Source: Rhodothermales bacterium (GTDB lineage Bacteria > Bacteroidota > Rhodothermia > Rhodothermales > JANQRZ01). From it: a stretch of DNA of 64,000 nt. The stretch is taken from NCBI GenBank assembly GCA_039944855.1, contig JBDUXZ010000003.1:130169-194168 (forward strand). The letters run 5' to 3'. Below are positions 32,653 through 42,750 of the stretch, in pieces. The translations under genes and the position numbers were made by a program. Every line of letters starts with the position of its first letter. Position 1 is the first letter of the stretch. The notes under the pieces were generated by a model. It was not told the origin of the DNA. It ran no database searches and was given only the letters and a program-made list of their open reading frames with translations.

Positions 32653-33984
32653 TTACACCGTCCCGTACGCGAGGACCGCGTCGGCTACTTTGACGAAGCC
32701 GCCGACGTTCGCGCCGCGGACGTAGTTCACCGTGCCGTTCTCGCCGCCATACGTCACGCACGTCGCGTGGATGTTCTTCATGATGGTGTGGAGCCGCGCA
32801 TCGAGGTCTTCGCGCGTCCACGAGATGCGCATCGAGTTCTGCGACATCTCGAGGCCGGAGACCGCCACGCCGCCCGCGTTCGCCGCCTTGCTCGGGCCGT
32901 ACATGATGCCGGTCTTCTCGAAGCGGTGCGCGGCCTCCGCCGTGCTCGGCATGTTCGCGCCCTCGCAGACGACGGTGCAGCCGTTGGCGAGGAGCGTCTG
33001 CGCGTCGTCGTCGGTGATCTCATTCTGGACGGCGGATGGGAAGGCCGCATCGCAGGGGATGTGCCACGGCGTCCGCCCGGCGAAAAAGCCGAGGCCGTGC
33101 TCGCCGGCGAAGTCGCTGAGCCTGCCGCGCCTGTTGTTCTTCAGGTCGAGGATGGCGTCGAGGTCGTCGCGGTCCAGCCCGTCGGGGAAGTGGACCGTGC
33201 CGGAGCGGTCGGAGAGCGTGAGCACGACGGCGCCGAGGTCGAGCAGCTTCTCGGCGGTGTACTGCGCGACGTTCCCCGAGCCGGAGACGAGGCACCGCTT
33301 GCCCTCGATGTCCTCGCCCCGGTGGTTCAGCATCTCGCAGGCGAAGTAAACGCTGCCGTAGCCCGTCGCCTCGGGACGGATCAGGCTGCCGCCCCACCCG
33401 GCTCCTTTGCCGGTCAGTGCCCCCGTGAACGTGTTGCGCAGCCGCTTGTACTGCCCGAAGAGGAAGCCGATCTCGCGCGCGCCCACGCCGATGTCGCCCG
33501 CCGGCACGTCCGTGTTCGCGCCGATGTGGCGGTGGAGCTCGGTCATGAACGCCTGGCAGAACCGCATCACCTCGCGGTCGCTCTTTCCCTTCGGGTCGAA
33601 GTCGCTGCCGCCTTTCGCGCCGCCCATCGGGAGCGTGGTGAGGCTGTTCTTGAAGACCTGCTCGAAAGCGAGGAACTTCAGCACGCTGAGGTTCACCGAT
33701 GGGTCGAACCGGAGGCCGCCTTTGTACGGACCGATGGCGTTGTTCTGCTGAACGCGATAGCCCCGGTTGACGTGGATCGCGCCATCGTCGCCCTCCCACG
33801 TCACGCGGAACATCAGTACGCGGTCGGGCTCGGTGAGGCGTTCCAGCATCCGCGCCTGCTCGTACTTCGGATGCTCGTTGACGTAGGGGACGACCTTCTC
33901 GGCAACCTCGCGGACGGCCTGGAGGAACTCCGGCTGCGCCGGGTTGCGTCGCTCCAGGTCTTCCATGAATGATTCCAGCTTCAT
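32653..33984 (-). CDS. gdhA: NADP-specific glutamate dehydrogenase
   Basis: Start trimmed to the ATG at 33984 (MKLESFMEDLERRNPAQPEFLQAVREV). The catalytic block is GPYKGGLRF...LPMGGAKGG. Confidence 0.95.
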   Translation of the reverse strand: MKLESFMEDLERRNPAQPEFLQAVREVAEKVVPYVNEHPKYEQARMLERLTEPDRVLMFRVTWEGDDGAIHVNRGYRVQQNNAIGPYKGGLRFDPSVNLSVLKFLAFEQVFKNSLTTLPMGGAKGGSDFDPKGKSDREVMRFCQAFMTELHRHIGANTDVPAGDIGVGAREIGFLFGQYKRLRNTFTGALTGKGAGWGGSLIRPEATGYGSVYFACEMLNHRGEDIEGKRCLVSGSGNVAQYTAEKLLDLGAVVLTLSDRSGTVHFPDGLDRDDLDAILDLKNNRRGRLSDFAGEHGLGFFAGRTPWHIPCDAAFPSAVQNEITDDDAQTLLANGCTVVCEGANMPSTAEAAHRFEKTGIMYGPSKAANAGGVAVSGLEMSQNSMRISWTREDLDARLHTIMKNIHATCVTYGGENGTVNYVRGANVGGFVKVADAVLAYGTV

Positions 33985-34066
33985 GTGTCTCCTCGGGTTA
34001 GTGGAAGCGGTTCCGAAGGATACAGCACCGCCTCCACAATAACCCGCCGAAGGCACCGAAGCCCGC

Positions 34067-34255
34067 TTACCCCCCGAAGCCGACCACGAGGAGCAGCACG
34101 ATGAGCCCGGCGAATCCGATCCCCATCGCGCCGAGGATCAGCGCCGTCTGTCGCCCGCTGTAGAACGACTCTTCGTAGAGCATGTCGCGGGACGGGATGC
34201 GCTCGGGCGCGTGGTTGTCCCACGCTTCGTGGGAAGGAGGAGGCGTCGTTGCCAT
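34067..34255 (-). CDS. Hypothetical small membrane protein (62 aa, one C-terminal TM helix)
   Basis: This is a tracked ORF. Its hydrophobic tail is ALILGAMGIGFAGLIVLLLVVGF. It lies between rpoD and gdhA on the same strand. Confidence 0.4.
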   Translation of the reverse strand: MATTPPPSHEAWDNHAPERIPSRDMLYEESFYSGRQTALILGAMGIGFAGLIVLLLVVGFGG

Positions 34256-34355
34256 CGGTTCGGAGGTCGAGGTGTTCGGGATGGAGGGTGGAGGCGGGCT
34301 ATAAAAATACCCGGCATCACGGCGGTGATGCCGGGCACTTCGAAGAAAGCCGTGC

Positions 34356-35195
34356 TCAATTCAGGTGGGCCCGCATCTCGGCCTGCGCGTGGTGACGGCG
34401 GAGCTTGCGGAGCGCCTTCTCTTTGATCTGGCGGACGCGCTCGCGCGTGAGCCCGATCTGCTCGCCAATCGCGCCGAGCGTGAGCGGACGCTCGCGCCCG
34501 ATGCCGAAGTAGAGCCGGGTGATCTCGGCCTCGCGCGGCTGGAGCTGGCAGAGGATCCGCTCGACGTCGATCTTGATCGACTCGGCCGTGATCGGCTCGT
34601 CGGGCGAGGCGAGTTCTTCGTCGGGGATGACGTCGAGGAGGCTCTGGGCGGAGTCGTCGGAGAACGGCGCGTCCATCGAGAGGGAGCGGCGGCCGTGGCG
34701 GAAGCCTTCTTCCACCTTGTGCGGCTTCATCTCCAACTCGTCGGCCAACTCTTCGACGGTGGGCTTGCGGCCGTGCTCCTGCGAGAGGCGGGCGCTGGCC
34801 TTGCGCATCTTCGAGAGCGTGCCGATCCGGTTCTGCGGGAGGCGGACGGTCCGGGCCTGGTCGGAGAGCGCCTTCAGGATCGACTGCCGGATCCACCAGA
34901 CGGCGTACGAGATGAACTTGAACCCGCGCGTCTCGTCGAAGCGCTGCGCGGCTTTCACGAGGCCGTAGTTCCCCTCGCTGATGAGGTCGGTGAGCGTGAG
35001 CCCCTGACCCTGGTACTTCTTCGCCACCGAGACGACGAAGCGGAGGTTCGCACGGACGAGCTTGTGCAGGGCCTCTTGGTCCCCCTTCTTGATCCGCTGA
35101 GCGAGGTCTACTTCCTCGTCCGGGGTGAGCAGCTCTACCTGGCTGATTTCGTCCAGATATTGGTCCAACATCCGTTGCTGCCGGGGAACGTACAT
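34356..35195 (-). CDS. rpoD: Primary-type RNA polymerase sigma factor (short, Bacteroidota-like form)
   Basis: 279 aa. The region 2 block is LRFVVSVAKKYQGQGLTLTDLISEGNYGLVKAAQRFDETRGFKFISYAVWWIRQSI. The region 4 block is LTLGAIGEQIGLTRERVRQIKEKAL. Confidence 0.9.
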   Translation of the reverse strand: MYVPRQQRMLDQYLDEISQVELLTPDEEVDLAQRIKKGDQEALHKLVRANLRFVVSVAKKYQGQGLTLTDLISEGNYGLVKAAQRFDETRGFKFISYAVWWIRQSILKALSDQARTVRLPQNRIGTLSKMRKASARLSQEHGRKPTVEELADELEMKPHKVEEGFRHGRRSLSMDAPFSDDSAQSLLDVIPDEELASPDEPITAESIKIDVERILCQLQPREAEITRLYFGIGRERPLTLGAIGEQIGLTRERVRQIKEKALRKLRRHHAQAEMRAHLN

Positions 35196-35419
35196 ACTCG
35201 TTGCGCTGATTTATAAGGTTCGAAGGAGGAGACGCGGGGCACGGCCCCCCTTTCCTATGGAGGAATCCATTAACCGTTTCCTCTACGCGACGTTCCTGCG
35301 TAGTTTTTTTCAGTCTTCGCCGTTCCTTCGCTCTTTTAAGTCTCGTTCTCGTTATCTGTTGTGGTTCGCCGCCGCCCGAAATCATCGCTTTCCAGCGCGC
35401 ATCCGCAGGGTTAGCCAGC

Positions 35420-35453
35420 AAAAAGCCCGGCACCGAACGGGTCGGTGCCGGGC
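35420..35453 (-). terminator. Intrinsic terminator downstream of tRNA-Ser(GCT)
   Basis: On the minus strand, GCCCGGCACCGA-cccgt-TCGGTGCCGGGC is followed by TTTTT. Confidence 0.6.
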
Positions 35454-35476
35454 AGAGCGAACGGGGTCGTTCGCGG

Positions 35477-35566
35477 CGGAGAGGGAGGGATTCGAACCCT
35501 CGGTACGCCCTGAAAGCGTACGCCGGTTTAGCAAACCGGTGGTTTCAGCCACTCACCCACCTCTCC
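35477..35566 (-). tRNA. tRNA-Ser (anticodon GCT)
   Basis: Folded by hand. The acceptor is GGAGAGG/CCTCTCC, the anticodon loop is TTGCTAA, there is a long variable arm, and the T-arm is GAGGG-TTCGAAT-CCCTC. Confidence 0.9.
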
Positions 35567-35724
35567 GGGGCGTCGCTGAATCGGACAGGCACGGAAGATA
35601 GTCCCGCGCGTGCCGCGTGCCAAACGGTCGAGCGTTTTTGACGCAGCCTCCAAAAAGGCTCGTCCCGCCCGTCCACCGGCCCCGGCCGTAGACGCCCCCT
35701 TTCCCCCTCCTACCCCGCCCCGCC

Positions 35725-36132
35725 GTGATCCTCCGCTTCCTCCTCTACCTCATGACGCTCTCGCTTGTCGGGAGCGGCTGCGTCCTTTCCAAGTCGTCGC
35801 TCGACGGCACCGAATGGGTCCTCCAGCGCGCGGAGACGCCAACCGGCTCTGTCACCCCGGCGGCCGACGTGCCGACACTGCGGATCGAGGAGGGCCGCAT
35901 CGCCGGCTCCGACGGCTGCAACCAGTTCAGCGGCTCGGTGCAACCCACCGACGACGGACGGATTGCCGTCTCGCACCTCGCCTCGACAAAGCGGGCGTGC
36001 CCGCCGCCGTTCGACGCTCTCAGCAAGGCCATCCTCGGTGTGCTCGACGGAAAGACCATCGCCAACGAGGTGCGGGGCGACGAACTCCTGCTCTCAGCCG
36101 CCGGGACGACGCTCGTCTACACCCGCCGCTGA
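35725..36132 (+). CDS. META-domain (HslJ-like) lipoprotein
   Basis: Lipobox (LVGSGC). Typical META blocks are LDGTEWVL and GSDGCNQFSGSV...LASTKRAC. Confidence 0.8.
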   Translation: MILRFLLYLMTLSLVGSGCVLSKSSLDGTEWVLQRAETPTGSVTPAADVPTLRIEEGRIAGSDGCNQFSGSVQPTDDGRIAVSHLASTKRACPPPFDALSKAILGVLDGKTIANEVRGDELLLSAAGTTLVYTRR

Positions 36133-36413
36133 CATTAGCGGGAGGAAATGAAAGGAAGTGGGTAGGAAGGAAGCAGGCCACCCGGCGGGGCGGTACGAGC
36201 CGACGGAGCATGACACGGTCGGCGGACCCGCTGCTTCGGAGGGTGCGGAACGCGCCGTTCCATGCCTGAATAATCCAAATTGAAGGCATTTAGGCGCAGA
36301 TTGGGGGTTTGCGCGGGGAACCCCGAGGCCAGCGGGACACACGCCCTGCCACTTCTGATGGACTGCAGAGGCACAGCGCTTGTACTACGAGGAGGGACTC
36401 AACGCAACACGCC

Positions 36414-36722
36414 ATGACTCCCATGTCCTCCATTCGCTACTGCTTCCTCGTCGTCGCCCACGATGACGAGGCCCACTTCAACGTCTTCCTCCGAGCCGAT
36501 CGCTTCTACGTCGGCATGCCGAACTTGGACGCTAAAAAGCTGGCGCGGTGGAAGGACCGAGAGCCGAGCCGCAACCGCTCAGGGGGCACGGCGACGCTGT
36601 GGCCCTGCTGCGATTCCGTGACGGGAGTCGAGGCGGAGGACGCCATCTTGGAGGTTTGGCTGGACGTGAAGTACCCCCGCATGACGGGAGCCGAGCCGCT
36701 GAGTCTAGCACAGCACAACTAG
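36414..36722 (+). CDS. Hypothetical protein (102 aa), orphan
   Basis: ATG at 36414. I recognise no family. It lies in a stretch with visibly lower G+C than its neighbours. Confidence 0.4.
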   Translation: MTPMSSIRYCFLVVAHDDEAHFNVFLRADRFYVGMPNLDAKKLARWKDREPSRNRSGGTATLWPCCDSVTGVEAEDAILEVWLDVKYPRMTGAEPLSLAQHN

Positions 36723-36811
36723 CGGGGCCCCAGCAGGACCCCAGAGGGCCACGTTCACGGCACAGCCCGCAGAACGACGAGAGCCGGGTCGCCAGTGGAG
36801 TAGCATCAACG

Positions 36812-36840
36812 AAAAAGGGCGGCTCGACGGCCGCCCTTTT
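36812..36840. terminator. Bidirectional intrinsic terminator (A5-stem-loop-T4)
   Basis: AAAAA-GGGCGGC-tcgacg-GCCGCCC-TTTT lies between the convergent orphan ORF and atpG. Confidence 0.6.
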
Positions 36841-36862
36841 CCTGTTTCTGTCGCGCCATGTG

Positions 36863-37789
36863 CTACGCTTGCTGGAGCGCTTCGGCGCCGGACGAGATCT
36901 CGATGATCTCCGTCGTGATCGCGGCCTGGCGAGCGCGGTTGTACGTCAGCCGGAGCTGGTCGAGGAGCTCGCCCGCGTTGCTCGTGGCGTTGTCCATCGC
37001 CACCATGCGCGCGCCCTGCTCGGCAGCGTTGCTCTCGAGCACGATCCGCCAGAGCTGGTAGCTGAGATACTGCGGGATCAGCTTCTCGAGGATCGCCTCG
37101 GCGCTCGGCTCGAAGATGTAGTCCACGTCGCCCTTGTGGTCGGTCACCGGGCCTCGGTAGCCCGCGTCCTCCTCCATCACCGGCGTCGAGAACGTCGTCG
37201 TCGGAATCGGCAGGAAGGGCTCGACGATGCGGTTCTGCGCGATCGTGTTCTTGAACTCGTTGTAGACCACGACGACCTCGTCCCACTCGCCGTCGATCCA
37301 GCCGGCTACGACGCGGTCGGCAATCGCGTCGGTGCGGCCGAAGGCGAGGTCGTTGAAGAAGCCGCGGTAGTCGCCGACGAGGGTGAAGCCGCGCTTGCGG
37401 AAGTAGTCGTGGCCCTTCCGGCCGACGGCCATGATCTTGAGGTTCGGCGTGCCGCGCAGCGCGTCGTACTGCTCCGTGATGGCGGCCTCGGCGGACTTCA
37501 GCACGTTCGCGTTGAACGCCCCGGCGAGCCCGCGGTCCGACGTCACGACGACGACGAGCACGGTCGCGGCGGCCTCGCGCGGCTGGAAGAGCGGGTGGCT
37601 CGTCGGGTCCACGAACTCGCGGATGTGCCCGATCATCTCGCGGATCTTGAACGCGTAGGGGCGGGTCTGGAAGATCTGCTCCTGCGCGCGGCGCAGCTTC
37701 GCCGCCGCCACCATCTTCATGGCGCGGGTGATCTGCTGCGTGTTCTGGACCGACGCGATGCGCGTGCGGATGTCGCGGAGGCTCGCCAT
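36863..37789 (-). CDS. atpG: F-type ATP synthase gamma subunit
   Basis: MASLRDIRTRIASVQNTQQITRAMKMVAAAKLRRAQ, and the C-terminal ITTEIIEISSGAEAL. Confidence 0.95.
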   Translation of the reverse strand: MASLRDIRTRIASVQNTQQITRAMKMVAAAKLRRAQEQIFQTRPYAFKIREMIGHIREFVDPTSHPLFQPREAAATVLVVVVTSDRGLAGAFNANVLKSAEAAITEQYDALRGTPNLKIMAVGRKGHDYFRKRGFTLVGDYRGFFNDLAFGRTDAIADRVVAGWIDGEWDEVVVVYNEFKNTIAQNRIVEPFLPIPTTTFSTPVMEEDAGYRGPVTDHKGDVDYIFEPSAEAILEKLIPQYLSYQLWRIVLESNAAEQGARMVAMDNATSNAGELLDQLRLTYNRARQAAITTEIIEISSGAEALQQA

Positions 37790-37835
37790 AGTTCAGTCGG
37801 GGGTAGAGGCGCCCCGGCGGGGCGTCTGTCCGGGA

Positions 37836-39437
37836 TTACGCGGGCTGGTTCGTGTAGATAGCGGCGAGGTCTTCGGCCTCCTTGCGGAGCCCGGCGACGG
37901 CCTCGTCGCTCATCACGCCCGTCTCGCGGATCGAGGCGAGGAGGCCGGGGTGCTTCATCCGAAGCCGCTCGCGGAACTCTTTCTCGAACTCACGGACCTT
38001 CTCGATCGGCACGCGGTCGATGAGCCCCTGCCCGGCGACGTAGATGATGGCGACCTGCTCCTCGACCGGCACGGGCTGGTACTGCCCCTGCTTGAGGATC
38101 TCGACGAGCCGCGCGCCACGGGCGAGCTGCCGCTGCGTGGCCGGGTCGAGGTCGGAGCCGAACTTCGAGAACGCCTCCAGCTCGCGGTACTGCGCGAGGT
38201 CGAGGCGGAGCGTGCCGGAGACCTTCTTCATCGCCTTGATCTGCGCATTGCCACCCACACGCGACACCGAGATGCCGACGTTGATGGCCGGGCGCACACC
38301 CGCGTTGAAGAGGTCGGACTCGAGGTAGATCTGCCCATCCGTGATCGAGATCACGTTCGTCGGGATGTACGCCGACACGTCGCCGGCCTGCGTCTCGATG
38401 ACGGGGAGCGCCGTGAGCGAGCCGCCGCCCTTGACCTTGTCCTTCAGGCTGTCGGGGAGGTCGTTCATCTGCTGCGCGATGTCCTGGTCGGCCGTGATCT
38501 TCGCGGCGCGCTCGAGGAGGCGCGAGTGGAGGTAGAACACGTCGCCGGGGTACGCCTCGCGGCCGGGCGGGCGGCGGAGCAGGAGCGAGACCTGGCGGTA
38601 GGCGACGGCCTGCTTCGAGAGGTCGTCGTAGATGGCGAGGGCGTGGCGGCCGGTGTCGCGGAAGAACTCGCCGATGCAGGCGCCCGCGAACGGGGCGATG
38701 TACTGGAGCGGGGCCGGGGTCGACGCCGGGGCGTTGACGATCACCGTGTAGGCGAGCGCGCCCTCCTCCTCGAGCGTCCGCATCACCTGCGCCACCGTCG
38801 AGGCCTTCTGGCCGATGGCGACGTAGATGCAGTAGACGGGCTTGTCGCCCTCCTCGTGCGTCCGCTTCTGGTTGATGATGGTGTCGATGAGGACCGCGGT
38901 CTTACCCGTCTGCCGGTCGCCGATGACGAGCTCGCGCTGGCCGCGCCCGATCGGGATCATCGAGTCGACGGACTTGAGGCCGGTCTGGAGCGGCTCCGTC
39001 ACGGGCTCGCGGTAGATCACGCCCGGCGCCTTGCGCTCGAGCGGCATCTCCAGCTTCTCCCCGCCGATCGGGCCCTTGCCGTCCACCGGGTTGCCGAGGG
39101 GGTCGATGACGCGCCCGAGCATTCCTTCGGAGACCTGGATGGAGGCGATGCGGCCGGTCCGGCGCGCCTCGTCCCCCTCCTTCACCTCGTTGACCTCGCC
39201 GAAGAGCACGGCGCCGACGTTGTCCTCTTCGAGGTTGAGCGCCATGCCGGTGACGCCGGAGCCGGGGAACTCGATGAGCTCGCCGGCCTGGACGTTCGAG
39301 AGCCCGTAGAGCCGGGCGATACCGTCGCCGACCTGGAGCACGGTGCCGACTTCGTAGACGTCGGTCTCGGTGGAGAACCCGCCGAGCTCGCTGCGGAGCA
39401 CGGAGGTGACTTCATCGGGACGAATTGCCGTTGCCAT
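37836..39437 (-). CDS. atpA: F-type ATP synthase alpha subunit
   Basis: Start trimmed to the ATG at 39437 ([10 protein letters not shown]...). The P-loop is GDRQTGKT, and the protein is full length. Confidence 0.95.
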   Translation of the reverse strand: MATAIRPDEVTSVLRSELGGFSTETDVYEVGTVLQVGDGIARLYGLSNVQAGELIEFPGSGVTGMALNLEEDNVGAVLFGEVNEVKEGDEARRTGRIASIQVSEGMLGRVIDPLGNPVDGKGPIGGEKLEMPLERKAPGVIYREPVTEPLQTGLKSVDSMIPIGRGQRELVIGDRQTGKTAVLIDTIINQKRTHEEGDKPVYCIYVAIGQKASTVAQVMRTLEEEGALAYTVIVNAPASTPAPLQYIAPFAGACIGEFFRDTGRHALAIYDDLSKQAVAYRQVSLLLRRPPGREAYPGDVFYLHSRLLERAAKITADQDIAQQMNDLPDSLKDKVKGGGSLTALPVIETQAGDVSAYIPTNVISITDGQIYLESDLFNAGVRPAINVGISVSRVGGNAQIKAMKKVSGTLRLDLAQYRELEAFSKFGSDLDPATQRQLARGARLVEILKQGQYQPVPVEEQVAIIYVAGQGLIDRVPIEKVREFEKEFRERLRMKHPGLLASIRETGVMSDEAVAGLRKEAEDLAAIYTNQPA

Positions 39438-39534
39438 AATGTTTGGTCCGTTGTCAGTTGTCAGTTGTCCGTGGTAAGGGTTGGTGCCGAGGGCCGGAGT
39501 CGAGAGCGACGGACCACGGACCATGCACCACGGA

Positions 39535-40089
39535 CTAATTACTCAAGTAAGCGCGCTCTTCGAGTTGTTCGCGGAGCGATTCGAGCTGGTGCTGGACGCT
39601 CCCGTCGTAGACGCGGTCGCCGATGCGGACGACGGCACCGCCGAGGAGCTCGGGCTCGACCGTGATCCGGAGGCGGACGCTCTTGCCGGTCCGCGCTTCG
39701 AGCGCCTTGCGGAGCGCCTCGGTCTCGTCGAAGCCCATCGGCATCGCCGTCCTCACCGTCGCCTCGACGACGCCAAGGTGCTCGTCGCGGAGGTCGCCGT
39801 ACTGACGGATGACAGCGGGGAGGATGTCCTCGCGGCCCTTCTGCACGAGGAGCCGCATGAGGCGGACGATGAGCGGCGCCACTTTCCCGTCGAAGAGCTT
39901 GCCGATGACGGCCTCCTTCTTCTCGCGGGCAATGATGGGGCTGCGGAAGAAGAGCTCGAGGTCGCGCGAGGCGTCGAGGCTCTCCTGCACGCTCTTCATG
40001 TCCTCGTCGATGCGCTTGGCGTCGCCGGCGGCCTCGGCCTCCTGGTAGAGGGCCTGGGCGTAGCGGCGGGCCACGGTTGCGTCGCTCAT
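39535..40089 (-). CDS. atpH: F-type ATP synthase delta (OSCP) subunit
   Basis: Start at 40089 ([18 protein letters not shown]...). The C-terminal block is [16 protein letters not shown]. Confidence 0.85.
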   Translation of the reverse strand: MSDATVARRYAQALYQEAEAAGDAKRIDEDMKSVQESLDASRDLELFFRSPIIAREKKEAVIGKLFDGKVAPLIVRLMRLLVQKGREDILPAVIRQYGDLRDEHLGVVEATVRTAMPMGFDETEALRKALEARTGKSVRLRITVEPELLGGAVVRIGDRVYDGSVQHQLESLREQLEERAYLSN

Positions 40090-40165
40090 GGGGGCGTAAA
40101 TCTGGAGGCGGAGGTAGAGACGCAGCATGCTGCGTCTCTACGGGACGGCGCCGTGCTGGGGCGCG

Positions 40166-40699
40166 CTAGTTCTTCGGGAGGTCGGCGATGAAGTCGTCCA
40201 CGAGCTTCTTCTGACGCGGGGCGTCGAGGGTCTCGTGGAGGATCTTCTCGGCGGCCATGATGGCGAGGTCGGCGACTTCGGCGCGGAGCTCGGCGAGGGC
40301 CTGCTGCTTCTCGCGTTCGATCTCGGCCTCGGCCGTGGCCTGCATCTGGCGGATCTGCTGGCGGGTCTTCTCGGCCTGCTCGGTGCGGGAGGCCTCGGCC
40401 GCCTCGCGGGCGTCGCGGAGGATCTTCTGCGCCTCGAGCTCCGCCTCGCGGCGGGCCTTCTCGTTGTCGGCGGCGAGCTGCTTCGCCTCGGCGAGCGCCT
40501 TCTCGGCCCGCGTCAGCGAGGTTTCGATCGTCGCCTCGCGCTCGGCGAGGGCGGACGTGATCGGGCCCCACGCGAACTTGCCCAGGAGGAACACGAGCGT
40601 CGCGAAGACGAGCGTGATCCAGACGGCGAGGCCGACGTTGGGCGAGAGGAGGTCGGCCGCGAGGACGAGGGCCGTCGGGAAGGAGGCGGCGAGAGTCAT
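40166..40699 (-). CDS. atpF: F-type ATP synthase subunit b
   Basis: An N-terminal TM helix followed by a long charged coiled coil, in the expected operon position. Confidence 0.85.
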   Translation of the reverse strand: MTLAASFPTALVLAADLLSPNVGLAVWITLVFATLVFLLGKFAWGPITSALAEREATIETSLTRAEKALAEAKQLAADNEKARREAELEAQKILRDAREAAEASRTEQAEKTRQQIRQMQATAEAEIEREKQQALAELRAEVADLAIMAAEKILHETLDAPRQKKLVDDFIADLPKN

Positions 40700-40771
40700 A
40701 GCTCGGTCGGAGTCCAGAGGGGGATAGCAGAGCGGGCGGCCTCCCAGAGGCCGCCCGCCGGGACGCGCTCC

Positions 40772-41002
40772 TTAGGCCTTGATGGCGAGGAGGATGCAGA
40801 CGATGAGGCCGAAGAAGGCCACGCCCTCGATGAGGGCCGCCGCGATGATCATCGTCGTACGGATGTCGCCGCCGGCCTCGGGCTGGCGGGCCGAGCCTTC
40901 GAGGGCGGCCGCTGCGAGCCGGCCGATGCCGTAGCCCGCGCCGATGGCGACGAGGCCGGCACCAATGCCGGCGGAGAGGAAAGCAAGCGAGAACGGATCC
41001 AT
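40772..41002 (-). CDS. atpE: F-type ATP synthase subunit c
   Basis: 76 aa with a two-helix hairpin, an RQPE loop, and a carboxylate in AALIEGVAFF. Confidence 0.9.
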   Translation of the reverse strand: MDPFSLAFLSAGIGAGLVAIGAGYGIGRLAAAALEGSARQPEAGGDIRTTMIIAAALIEGVAFFGLIVCILLAIKA

Positions 41003-41101
41003 GAGTACCTGTTGGGTGTGGGGTGAACCGGGTCGATGGTAGGTGAAAGAGGGCAGGCGCGGCCCGCCCCGGGTGCTACGGGGTATCGGAGATACAGCGG
41101 G

Positions 41102-42424
41102 TCAAGCGGGCGAGAGGGCCGCCTCGGTCCCGACGGTGTCGGTGGCGATGGGCTGCCCGTTGCCGTGAACGAGGGGGGCCGACGCTTCGAGCGCGACGGC
41201 CTCGTGTCCCTCGACGTGGTGATCGTGGTGATGCTCGTGCTCCGCCGCCGCCATCCCGATGAACACGGCCGAGAGCAACGTGAAGACGTACGCCTGAATG
41301 AACGCGACGAGGATCTCGAGCGCGTAGATAAAGAGGGTCAGGAGCAGGCTCGGAATGACCGTCCCGAAGCCCGCCACCGCGCCGAAGATGCCGCCGACGA
41401 CGAAGATCAGCCCGATGAGGTTGAGGATCACGAGGTGGCCCGCCGTCATGTTCGCGAAGAGACGGACGGCGAGCGCGAACGGCTTGATGAAGAGGCCCAT
41501 GATCTCGATCGGGATCATGATGACCTTGACGAAGCCGGGAATCCCGGGCGGGTTGAAGATGTGCGCCCAGTAGTCCTTCGTCCCCGCGAACTGCGTCACG
41601 AAGAACGTGAAGAGCGCGAGCACGGCCGTCACCGTGATGTTCGCCGTCGCCGTCGCGCTGAAGGGGACGAGGCCGAGGAGGTTGACGGTCAGGATGAAGA
41701 AGAAGACGGAGAGGATGTACGGGAGGTACTTGTCCGCCTTCGGCCCGATCGCCGGGCGCGCGATCTCGTCGCGGACATAGACGACGAACGTCTCCATCAG
41801 ATTCTGGAGCTTGCCGCGCGGCGCCTCCGTCCGACCGACGCCGCGCTTGTAGCGGTTCGCGAGCGAGATGAGGGTGACGCAGAGGAGGAGGGCGCCGAGG
41901 ATCGCGAGGACGAGGTGCCGCGTGATCGAGAAGTCGACGACGATCTCGCCGTCCGTCCGGGCGATCCCGGAATAGAGGTAGACGTTGTAGTCGAACACGT
42001 CCTGCGTGACCGTCAGCTCGTTGTCGGGCGGCTCGCCGGCCCCATAGGGCGCGGTCGCGCCATCGATCACGCCATCAGGCCCTGCGGCGAAGTCAGCGTT
42101 CGCTACGCCATCGCCGTTCGCTGCAGCGCCGTCGGGTCCGTCGGCGGCAACGACCATGTAGCGGCCGGACTGCAGCGCGCCGAGCGTGCTGCCGAACGCT
42201 TCTACCGTAAGCGAGCCGTCGGCGGTGCGGACGAGGAAGATGCGCGGGAGCTCGATCTTCCCCATCGGGGAGAAGTCGAGGTAGTTGCCGTCCATCGTGT
42301 GGCCGATGGCGTCGAGCTTCTCGCCTTCGCCGGCCGCGTGGGCCGGAGCGGCGACCGCGCCGAAGGCGAGCGCGCAGAGCAGGAGAGCCCGTAGAGACCG
42401 GGTCGTCGCAGCGGTGATCGTCAC
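41102..42424 (-). CDS. atpB: F-type ATP synthase subunit a, with a long N-terminal extension and a His-rich C-terminal tail
   Basis: The conserved block is LAVRLFANMTAGH. It has a predicted signal peptide plus ~170 extra residues at the N-terminus, and the C-terminus is AAEHEHHHDHHVEGHE... Confidence 0.9.
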   Translation of the reverse strand: MTITAATTRSLRALLLCALAFGAVAAPAHAAGEGEKLDAIGHTMDGNYLDFSPMGKIELPRIFLVRTADGSLTVEAFGSTLGALQSGRYMVVAADGPDGAAANGDGVANADFAAGPDGVIDGATAPYGAGEPPDNELTVTQDVFDYNVYLYSGIARTDGEIVVDFSITRHLVLAILGALLLCVTLISLANRYKRGVGRTEAPRGKLQNLMETFVVYVRDEIARPAIGPKADKYLPYILSVFFFILTVNLLGLVPFSATATANITVTAVLALFTFFVTQFAGTKDYWAHIFNPPGIPGFVKVIMIPIEIMGLFIKPFALAVRLFANMTAGHLVILNLIGLIFVVGGIFGAVAGFGTVIPSLLLTLFIYALEILVAFIQAYVFTLLSAVFIGMAAAEHEHHHDHHVEGHEAVALEASAPLVHGNGQPIATDTVGTEAALSPA

Positions 42425-42750
42425 AGCGGGGTGCGGGGTGAGGCGGCCACTCCGTCGGTCCGCTTCGCGGCGCCCCGGTGGATCAGGGCTGTTTCGACCG
42501 CGAGGCCGGCACCGACGCTGACGAGCAGCGCGCTGATGAACGCAAAAAGGTGAATCGGCAGGAATCCTACGATCCCCGTCACGAGGAGGAGCGCCAGGCC
42601 CATCCGCCCGAGCATGCCGAGGAGGACGACCGCGTAAAAGGTCTTGTCCTCTCGGCCCCGAACGAGGCGGTAGAGCCCGTAGCTCGCCAGCGCGTTGGCT
42701 AGCCCGATGGCGCCGCCCAGCACGATTGACAGGAGTACGTCGGTCGTCAT
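42421..42750 (-). CDS. AtpI-like small membrane protein
   Basis: ATG at 42750. It is 109 aa with 4 hydrophobic segments. Its stop overlaps the atpB GTG (GTGA). Confidence 0.55.
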   Translation of the reverse strand: MTTDVLLSIVLGGAIGLANALASYGLYRLVRGREDKTFYAVVLLGMLGRMGLALLLVTGIVGFLPIHLFAFISALLVSVGAGLAVETALIHRGAAKRTDGVAASPRTPL

